From assembly GCA_016235775.1 (NCBI GenBank), contig JACRIU010000102.1:32721-96720 (forward strand): DNA of 64,000 nt, read 5' to 3'. Below, piece after piece: positions 56,966-64,000 of the stretch. The position numbers were made by a program, and so were the translations under genes. Within the stretch, counting starts at the first letter, position 1, and each line of letters begins with the position of its first letter. Origin of the DNA: Hydrogenophilales bacterium. Lineage in GTDB: Bacteria > Pseudomonadota > Gammaproteobacteria > Burkholderiales > Thiobacteraceae. The notes below the pieces were generated by a model. It was not told where the DNA came from. It did no database searches and was given only the letters and a program-made list of their open reading frames with translations.

Positions 56966-59569
56966 ATGCGCTTCGACAAATTAACCACCAAATTCCAGCA
57001 AGCCGTATCCGACGCACAAAGCGCGGCGGTGGGGAATGACAACTCGTATATCGAGCCGCAGCATTTATTGCTGTCACTGATCAATCAAGACGACGGCGGC
57101 ACCGCGTCAATCCTGGCGCGCGCCGGGGTGAATGTCGCGGCGCTGAAACAGGCGCTGCATAAAAGCATCGAGCGCCTGCCCAAGGTCGAGGGCCACGGCG
57201 GCGAGGTGTCGATCTCGCGCGACCTGAATAATCTGCTCAACATCACCGACAAAGAAGCGCAAAAGCGCAACGACGCTTTCATCGCCTCGGAAATGTATTT
57301 GCTCGCCTTGGCCGGCGACAAGGGCGACACCGGCCGCCTGCTCAAGGAAAACGGCGCCAACCGCGCCTCGCTCGAACAAGCCATCGCTGCCGTGCGCGGC
57401 GGCGAATCGGTGCAAAACCCGGAAGCCGAAGGCGGGCGCGAGGCGCTGAAAAAATACACCATCGACCTCACCGAGCGCGCGCGCCAAGGCAAGCTCGACC
57501 CGGTGATCGGACGCGATGAAGAGATTCGGCGCACGATTCAAATTCTGCAGCGCCGCACTAAAAACAACCCGGTGCTGATCGGCGAACCCGGCGTGGGCAA
57601 GACCGCGATCGTGGAAGGCCTGGCGCAGCGCATCGTGAATGGTGAAGTGCCGGAGACCTTGAAGAACAAGCGCGTGCTGTCGCTGGATATGGCGGCCTTG
57701 ATTGCCGGGGCGAAATATCGCGGCGAATTCGAAGAGCGCTTGAAAAATGTTTTGAAGGAATTGGCGCAGGACGAAGGCAGCACCATCGTCTTCATCGACG
57801 AGCTGCACACCATGGTCGGCGCGGGCAAGGCCGAAGGCGCGATGGACGCCGGCAATATGCTGAAGCCGGCACTGGCGCGCGGCGAGCTGCATTGCGTGGG
57901 CGCGACCACGCTGGATGAATACCGCAAATACATCGAGAAGGATGCCGCGCTGGAGCGCCGTTTCCAAAAGGTGCTGGTGGGCGAACCCTCGGTGGAAGAC
58001 ACCATCGCCATCCTGCGCGGCTTGCAGGAAAAATACGAAGTGCATCATGGCGTGGACATCACCGACCCGGCGATCGTGGCCGCGGCGGAATTGTCGCATC
58101 GCTATATCACCGACCGCTTCCTGCCGGACAAGGCGATCGACTTGATCGACGAAGCCGCGGCGCGCATCAAAATGGAAATCGACTCCAAGCCTGAATCCAT
58201 GGATCGCCTGGAGCGGCGCATGATCCAGCTCAAGATCGAGCGCGAGGCGGTGAAGAAGGAGAAGGACGAAGCCTCGCAGAAACGGCTCGGCCTGCTGGAA
58301 GACGAGATCGCCAAGCTGGAAAAGGAATACAGCGATCTGGAAGAAATCTGGAAAGCGGAAAAAGCCCAGGTGCAGGGCGCGCAGCACATCAAGGAAGCGC
58401 TCGACCACGTTCGGGTGGAGATGGAAGAAGCCAAACGCAAAGGCGATTGGCAAAAAATGTCCGAGCTTCAATACGGCCGCATCCCGGAATTAGAAGGACA
58501 ATTGAAGCATGCCCAATCGGCGGAAGCCGCCGAGGGCAAGCCGGGCATGAAGCTCTTGCGCACCCAGGTCGGCGCGGAGGAAATCGCCGAAGTGGTGTCG
58601 CGCGCCACGGGCATCCCGGTCTCGACAATGATGCAGGGCGAGCGCGACAAGCTGCTCGCCATGGAAGATGTGCTGCACCAGCGCGTGGTGGGTCAAGCCG
58701 AGGCTGTGCGCCTGGTGTCGGATGCGATCCGGCGTTCGCGCTCGGGTTTGTCCGATCCGAATCGTCCCTATGGTTCCTTCCTGTTCCTCGGCCCCACCGG
58801 CGTGGGCAAGACGGAGCTGTGCAAGGCGCTGGCGAATTTCCTGTTCGATTCGGAGGAGCATCTGATCCGCATCGACATGTCCGAGTTCATGGAGAAGCAT
58901 TCCGTGGCGCGGCTGATCGGCGCGCCGCCCGGTTATGTGGGTTATGAAGAAGGCGGCTATCTCACCGAAGCGGTGCGGCGCAAACCGTACAGCGTGATCC
59001 TGCTGGACGAAGTGGAGAAGGCGCACCCGGACGTATTCAACGTGCTGCTGCAAGTGCTGGACGACGGCCGCTTGACCGACGGCCAGGGCCGCACCGTGGA
59101 TTTCAAAAACACCGTGATCGTGATGACCTCGAATCTGGGCGGCCAGATGATTCAGCAAATGGCGGGCGACGATCCGCAAGTGATCAAGCTCGCGGTGCTG
59201 GGCGAAGTGAAAAACTACTTCCGCCCCGAATTCATCAACCGGGTGGACGAGGTGGTGGTATTCCACGCCCTGGGCGAAGCGCAGATCAAATCGATCGCCA
59301 AGATCCAGATTCAATATCTCGCCAAGCGTTTGGCGAAGATGGAGATGGGGATCGAGGTCTCGGACGCGGCGCTGAGCGAAATCGCTCAAGCCGGCTTCGA
59401 CCCGATCTACGGCGCACGGCCTTTGAAGCGTGCGATTCAAGCGCAGATCGAGAATCCGCTGGCGAAGGAAATCCTCGCTGGGCATTTCGCCGCCAAAGAC
59501 ACGATTCGAATCGATGCGCGCGGCGGACAGATCGTGTTCGCCAAGGGTGAAGTGGCCCAGGCGGCCTGA
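56966..59569 (+). CDS. clpB: ATP-dependent chaperone ClpB
   Basis: [20 protein letters not shown]-domain, [15 protein letters not shown]. Confidence 0.98.
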   Translation: MRFDKLTTKFQQAVSDAQSAAVGNDNSYIEPQHLLLSLINQDDGGTASILARAGVNVAALKQALHKSIERLPKVEGHGGEVSISRDLNNLLNITDKEAQKRNDAFIASEMYLLALAGDKGDTGRLLKENGANRASLEQAIAAVRGGESVQNPEAEGGREALKKYTIDLTERARQGKLDPVIGRDEEIRRTIQILQRRTKNNPVLIGEPGVGKTAIVEGLAQRIVNGEVPETLKNKRVLSLDMAALIAGAKYRGEFEERLKNVLKELAQDEGSTIVFIDELHTMVGAGKAEGAMDAGNMLKPALARGELHCVGATTLDEYRKYIEKDAALERRFQKVLVGEPSVEDTIAILRGLQEKYEVHHGVDITDPAIVAAAELSHRYITDRFLPDKAIDLIDEAAARIKMEIDSKPESMDRLERRMIQLKIEREAVKKEKDEASQKRLGLLEDEIAKLEKEYSDLEEIWKAEKAQVQGAQHIKEALDHVRVEMEEAKRKGDWQKMSELQYGRIPELEGQLKHAQSAEAAEGKPGMKLLRTQVGAEEIAEVVSRATGIPVSTMMQGERDKLLAMEDVLHQRVVGQAEAVRLVSDAIRRSRSGLSDPNRPYGSFLFLGPTGVGKTELCKALANFLFDSEEHLIRIDMSEFMEKHSVARLIGAPPGYVGYEEGGYLTEAVRRKPYSVILLDEVEKAHPDVFNVLLQVLDDGRLTDGQGRTVDFKNTVIVMTSNLGGQMIQQMAGDDPQVIKLAVLGEVKNYFRPEFINRVDEVVVFHALGEAQIKSIAKIQIQYLAKRLAKMEMGIEVSDAALSEIAQAGFDPIYGARPLKRAIQAQIENPLAKEILAGHFAAKDTIRIDARGGQIVFAKGEVAQAA

Positions 59570-59637
59570 TTTAGCCGGCTTGATTCAAGCGGTTTCGTGG
59601 CTAAAGCTTGAGTCTGTTTCGAACGATAAATAGCGGC

Positions 59638-60591
59638 ATGAACCCTAAATTGTTCGACATCCTCACCGCGAACCCGGATAAATTTCCCAAGAGCTTGAGC
59701 AAGCTTTATCCCCGCGTTTTGGAAAAAATATCCAACGCATGGGGCACGGATGCGCTGGATGACATATTCGCCGAGTTGCTGGTTGCCGACCATGAAGGCC
59801 GCCAGGGTTTTCCGCCCGAAGCGGGGCGGGAAATTTTCGCGCTCAACCAGCTGAATGAGAAATACAAACATCAAGTGCTTGAAGCGGATGATCCCTGGGC
59901 CATGGAGCGCGACATGAGCGTGGAGGAGACGGCCGCCTTCGTCGAAAATTTGCAGGAGAGCGGGCGCGCGTTTACGCCGGAAACCTTATTCAAGCTGGTG
60001 GAGCAAGGTGAGACCCGGACAGCATTCGATTTTGTGCGCGCCGGGATGCAAGTCGATGTGCGGCGCACCGATGAATGGACGCCGCTGATGGTGGCGCTGT
60101 TCAACGGCCAAGAGGAAACCGCGATGATGTTGTTGTCTCGGGGCGCCAGTGTGCGCGCCAAGGCCAATCGGGGTTATGAGCCGATTCACTGGGCGGCGCT
60201 GAATGGCTATGAGCGCGCGGTGAAATTTATCATCGACAAGGGCGGCAACGTCAATGCTGAGACCGAATATGGCTGGACGCCGCTATTGCAGGCGGCCAGC
60301 CGGGGGCATGTGGAGATCGCGCGCATGCTGCTCAACAAAGGTGCGATGGTGAGCGCCAGCGAGCACGAGGGTTGGACGCCTTTGCATAAGGCCTGTGCCA
60401 ACGGCTATGTCGAGATGGCGCGATTGCTGGTACAGCGTGGCGCGGACACGCGTCAGCGCTCTGCCTCCGGCATCACGCCGCTGGAACTCGCGATCAAAGC
60501 GCAAGATTTTGATTTGATCGAAGCGCTTTCCGAAGAAGCGCTGCCGCCCGCCGCCACATCGACTTCCCCTTTGGGCCAAGATCGCAAGTGA
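59638..60591 (+). CDS. Ankyrin-repeat protein with an N-terminal RQGFP domain
   Basis: WTPLMVA, PIHWAA, GWTPLLQAA, GWTPLHKAC repeats. Confidence 0.88.
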   Translation: MNPKLFDILTANPDKFPKSLSKLYPRVLEKISNAWGTDALDDIFAELLVADHEGRQGFPPEAGREIFALNQLNEKYKHQVLEADDPWAMERDMSVEETAAFVENLQESGRAFTPETLFKLVEQGETRTAFDFVRAGMQVDVRRTDEWTPLMVALFNGQEETAMMLLSRGASVRAKANRGYEPIHWAALNGYERAVKFIIDKGGNVNAETEYGWTPLLQAASRGHVEIARMLLNKGAMVSASEHEGWTPLHKACANGYVEMARLLVQRGADTRQRSASGITPLELAIKAQDFDLIEALSEEALPPAATSTSPLGQDRK

Positions 60592-60624
60592 TAAAATCTT
60601 TCTCCTTAAACGAGGAGAAAGCAA

Positions 60625-60930
60625 ATGCACGTCACGCTGGTTTATGTCCACGTAAAGCCGGATCACGTTGCTGATTTCATCGTGGCAACCAAAACTAACC
60701 ATTCCCACTCCATGCAGGAGCCGGGCAATCGCCGCTTCGATGTAATGCAGCAGGCGGATGATCCCACGCGCTTTGTGCTGTACGAGGCTTATGTCTCGGC
60801 CGAGGATGCGGCGGCGCACAAGCAGACCGCGCATTATCTCCAATGGCGCGATACGGTCGCCGGGTGGATGGCGAGTCCGCGCCAGGGCGTGTTGCATCAT
60901 GGATTATTCATGGGGAGTCCGCGCTTATGA
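60625..60930 (+). CDS. Antibiotic biosynthesis monooxygenase-family protein (LsrG-like)
   Basis: EPGNRRFDV..FVLYEAY..AHKQTAHY. Confidence 0.88.
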   Translation: MHVTLVYVHVKPDHVADFIVATKTNHSHSMQEPGNRRFDVMQQADDPTRFVLYEAYVSAEDAAAHKQTAHYLQWRDTVAGWMASPRQGVLHHGLFMGSPRL

Positions 60931-62117
60931 GCTTTATCCCCTTTTCAATTTCCTTGCTGCCCAAGATCGAATTTGGTTCCGGCGTGCTGCACAAAGTACC
61001 CGCCTTGGCGGCAAGCTGTGGCAAGCGCGTGCTGTTGGTCACCGGCGGCCAATCGCTGCGTGCATCGCGTCATTGGGAAATACTATTGGCGGGCCTGCGC
61101 CGGCAAGGCCTGAGCTGGGAATCGATGCAAGTGACCGGCGAGCCGTCGCCGCAATTGGTGGACGATGCCGTGCAGCAATTCAAAAACGCGAAAATCGAAG
61201 TAGTTGTGGGCATCGGCGGCGGCAGCGTGCTGGATGCGGCGAAGGCGGTCGCTGGGTTGTTGAAGCCGGGCAACTCGGTCATGGATTATTTGGAAGGCGT
61301 GGGGCCGGAGCTGCCCTATGTGGGGCCGGCGACGCCCTTCATTGCCGTGCCGACCACGGCGGGCACGGGTTCGGAGGCCACCAAGAACGCGGTGCTGTCG
61401 GTGCAGGGCAAGCACGGCTTCAAGAAATCCTTTCGCGACGAGCAATTGGTGGCGCGCCATGCGGTGGTGGATCCGGATTTGCTCGACACCTGCCCGCCGG
61501 AATTGATCGCGGCGAATGGCATGGATGCGCTGACGCAGTTGCTCGAATCGTATGTCTCCACGCGCGCGAATCCCTTTACCGATGCCTTGGCGATCAGCGG
61601 TTTGAGCGCGGTGCGCGATAGCCTCTTGCCATGGTTCGAAGGGCAGGGTGATCAGACCGAAGCCCGCGCCAGGATGGCCTATGCATCGCTGCTGTCCGGC
61701 ATCACCCTGGCCCAAGCCGGTTTGGGCTCGGTGCATGGCTTGGCCTCGCCGCTCGGCGCGTTTTATCCGATCCCGCATGGGGTGGTATGCGGCACGCTGG
61801 TGAGTGAGGCCACGCGCATGAATATCGACGCGATGGAGGCGCGTGAACCGGCTAACCCCGCGCTGAAAAAATATGCGCAAGCCGGCCGTTTGTTTCGCGG
61901 CCGCACGCATTTGGATGACATCGGCGCGCGCGTATTTCTGGTGCATACCTTGTCGCAGTGGAGCGGGCAATTGAAACTGCCGCGACTGTCGCAATACGGC
62001 GTGACCGAGGCCGAGCTGGATCATGTCGTTGCCCACTGCCGGGGATCGAGCATGCAGACCAACCCTGTTGTGCTGACTGATGCGGAAGTGAAAGCACTGC
62101 TCCTAAAACGGATTTAG
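60927..62117 (+). CDS. Iron-containing alcohol dehydrogenase
   Basis: GGGSVLDAAK, PTTAGTGSE, GMDALTQ, HGLA, PHG; ATG 60927 overlaps the upstream stop. Confidence 0.92.
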   Translation: MSFIPFSISLLPKIEFGSGVLHKVPALAASCGKRVLLVTGGQSLRASRHWEILLAGLRRQGLSWESMQVTGEPSPQLVDDAVQQFKNAKIEVVVGIGGGSVLDAAKAVAGLLKPGNSVMDYLEGVGPELPYVGPATPFIAVPTTAGTGSEATKNAVLSVQGKHGFKKSFRDEQLVARHAVVDPDLLDTCPPELIAANGMDALTQLLESYVSTRANPFTDALAISGLSAVRDSLLPWFEGQGDQTEARARMAYASLLSGITLAQAGLGSVHGLASPLGAFYPIPHGVVCGTLVSEATRMNIDAMEAREPANPALKKYAQAGRLFRGRTHLDDIGARVFLVHTLSQWSGQLKLPRLSQYGVTEAELDHVVAHCRGSSMQTNPVVLTDAEVKALLLKRI

Positions 62118-62229
62118 CCGTCCCGGAAGCTGACACGGCTGCCGAAAATTGAACGACATCGGCTGCCGGTGCATCAACATCTGCACAAAATATTGATGTA
62201 AATCAATAAGGTATAAATTTAATTCATCC

Positions 62230-62245
62230 TGGCACAGAAGCTGCT
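62230..62245 (+). promoter_or_regulatory. Sigma-54 (-24/-12) promoter with an upstream IHF-like AT tract
   Basis: TGGCAC-N5-CTGCT with correct GG-N10-GC spacing; AATCAATAAGGTA just upstream. Confidence 0.6.
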
Positions 62246-62293
62246 CATTGCTTAGCAAGACCCGCTGAACCAATAACCTATGGGAGACACAGC

Positions 62294-62566
62294 ATGGCTC
62301 TGATGACGCAAGAAGTGAAATTCACGATCACCCCCCAAAGTTGTGGCGAGGAGGGAGATTGCATCCAAGTTCAGATTTCCGGCGAGCAAACCGTGGTGCT
62401 TTGCCTGACCCCGCAGCAGGCGCGAGCGATGGCTTCCGATTTGATTCAAACCGTGTATCGCGCCGAGGTGAAAAACAGTCTGCAAAGTGGCCAGCGCAGA
62501 TCGGCAGCGACTACATTCGATACGGCCGCCGACTATTATTCTTTGCATACCCCGCACGCCGCATAA
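62294..62566 (+). CDS. Hypothetical protein (90 aa)
   Basis: RBS GGGAGA, promoter upstream and terminator downstream. Confidence 0.7.
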   Translation: MALMTQEVKFTITPQSCGEEGDCIQVQISGEQTVVLCLTPQQARAMASDLIQTVYRAEVKNSLQSGQRRSAATTFDTAADYYSLHTPHAA

Positions 62567-62627
62567 CGATGTTTTAGCCAGCGCGGCGCCACATCCTTGT
62601 GGTCCGCGATGGTGATCTCCCCGACTT

Positions 62628-62654
62628 TGGCAGCCGCAAGGCTGCCACTTTTTT
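62628..62654 (+). terminator. Rho-independent terminator
   Basis: TGGCAGCC-GCAA-GGCTGCCA followed by CTTTTTT. Confidence 0.75.
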
Positions 62655-62785
62655 GCCTGTCGGTCATAGCAGCAAGCAGCCTCGGGATGAATCTCCTTAT
62701 GACGCGCTTCGCCGTTTCACGCTAACCTTGGCGCAGCCCGGCACTTTGGCGCATAATTTCACATTTTTCCCCAACACGAACAGCC

Positions 62786-63163
62786 ATGGCCAATAAACTC
62801 GCCATCATGTTGCTCAGCATCGACCCGGACTATCCGCATCTATGCGGCACGCCATTCTTTCAAGCGGCAACCGCCGCCGCGATGGATTTCGAAGTGGAGG
62901 TCTTTTTCGCCAGCCGCGCCGTGCGCTTGCTGGCCAAGGGCGTGGCGGATCGTATTTACCCCTCGGATAATCGTGCGAAATCGGTCTATGGCTTCATGCA
63001 GGACGCCGCCCAGCTCGGCGTGAAATTTTATGCGTGCGGCGGCGCGATGGATGCTTATGCGCTGAAGCCCGATACCATGATTCCCGAACTGGCGGGTGTT
63101 GCGAATGCCACGACTTTCATCGGGCGGGTGATGGACGATGAGTGGCGGACGGTGAGTTATTAG
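62786..63163 (+). CDS. DsrE/DsrF-like sulfur-relay family protein
   Basis: TPFFQAATAAAMDFEVEVFF..GVKFYAC. Confidence 0.8.
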   Translation: MANKLAIMLLSIDPDYPHLCGTPFFQAATAAAMDFEVEVFFASRAVRLLAKGVADRIYPSDNRAKSVYGFMQDAAQLGVKFYACGGAMDAYALKPDTMIPELAGVANATTFIGRVMDDEWRTVSY

Positions 63164-63266
63164 GGTGAGGCGTCGGGCATCAGGCGTCGGGCGTCAGGAA
63201 AAAAATCCAAGCGCTAATGCCTGTCGCCTGTCGCCTGATGCCCGACGCCTGATTCCTGCCCTCTGA
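63163..63266. repeat. Inverted pair of heptamer tandem arrays
   Basis: GCGTCGG GCATCAG GCGTCGG GCGTCAG ... CCTGTCG CCTGTCG CCTGATG CCCGACG CCTGATT. Confidence 0.8.
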
Positions 63267-64000
63267 TCTCGATTTCGTTTACAAAAGCCCAGGCGCGGAT
63301 GAAGGCCGGCTCCAATTCATCCATGCCCTCCTGCACTTTTTCCCAATTGTCTACTTTGGCGGCGTGTTCCATGTTGCGGGCGATTTCGCGGATTTCATGC
63401 GCGCCGATATAAGCCGAGGCGCCTTTGATTTCATGGGCGCGGCCCACTGCCTTGGCGCGTTCTTGCGCCGCGCATGCGGCGGTGAGCTGCTCAATCAGGC
63501 TTTGCGTGCTCGATAGGTAGAGCGCGAGCAATTCGCTTTGCGCCTTCTCGTCGTTGCGGAACATGCCTTCGACTTTGCGCATGTCGATCGGCGGGTTGTC
63601 GCCGGATGTGGCGCGCTGGGTTTCAACCGAGATTTCCTCCTGCGCCGCCGCGTAGCGTTCGGTAAAGCCCGGCACCCAGCGCTTGAGCGCGCTCTCCAAG
63701 TCTTCCACCTTCACCGGTTTGACCAGATAATCATCCATGCCGCCGCTCATCGCGCGTTCGCGGTCTTCGATGCGCGCATTGGCGGACATGGCGACGATCG
63801 GGGTGCGCTGCGCGCGGCCGCTCATCAGTTCGTGATGGCGTATTTCGATGCTCGCTTCAAAGCCGTCCATTTCCGGCATTTGGCAATCCATCAATACCAA
63901 GTCATAGGGCAGGCGCTGCAGCGCATCGAGCGCTTCCAGGCCATTCGCCGCCACATCGGCGCGGATACCCAGCTTGCGCAGCATATAGATCACGACTTTT
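63214..64000 (-). CDS. Hybrid sensor kinase C-terminus (REC + Hpt), 5' end outside window
   Basis: LVLMDCQMPEMDGF receiver and AHEIKGAS Hpt; frame is open to the window edge. Confidence 0.88.
   Translation of the reverse strand, partial: KVVIYMLRKLGIRADVAANGLEALDALQRLPYDLVLMDCQMPEMDGFEASIEIRHHELMSGRAQRTPIVAMSANARIEDRERAMSGGMDDYLVKPVKVEDLESALKRWVPGFTERYAAAQEEISVETQRATSGDNPPIDMRKVEGMFRNDEKAQSELLALYLSSTQSLIEQLTAACAAQERAKAVGRAHEIKGASAYIGAHEIREIARNMEHAAKVDNWEKVQEGMDELEPAFIRAWAFVNEIEIRGQESGVGHQATGDRH

Overview
A 64 kb window of a GC-rich betaproteobacterial chromosome. Taxonomy is inferred from gene content and synteny; the DsrE-type proteins hint at a sulfur oxidiser. Left to right: (1) a minus-strand chemotaxis/signalling cluster (cheR partial, cheW, cheA, cheY, MCP, HD-GYP regulator, two PAS histidine kinases, solute-binding protein, GGDEF-EAL, HsbR/HsbA-like pair); (2) the conserved fabI - peptide ABC transporter - mltD - gloB - methyltransferase - rnhA - dnaQ block, with a DUF559 endonuclease gene inserted in the ABC operon between inverted palindromic repeats; (3) a TonB receptor/binding protein/GGDEF-EAL operon; (4) a WYL regulator with a clear operator and divergent small genes; (5) housekeeping enzymes; (6) a compositionally foreign ~7.2 kb island (42.2-49.5 kb) holding a fused double N4-cytosine methyltransferase, a PLD-family nuclease and an unrecognised two-gene module (unknown protein + wHTH/Zn-ribbon/alpha-beta-hydrolase/TM); (7) potABCD-like genes, a TPR glycosyltransferase, clpB and the 3' part of a hybrid kinase. 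The island is bounded and subdivided by a family of degenerate ~28-bp sites, and no recombinase gene is present in the window. At least four unrelated families of short dispersed palindromic elements occupy the intergenic spaces, sometimes nested in each other or translated into proteins. No rRNA, tRNA, CRISPR array, transposase or integrase was seen. All alignments and counts were done by eye.
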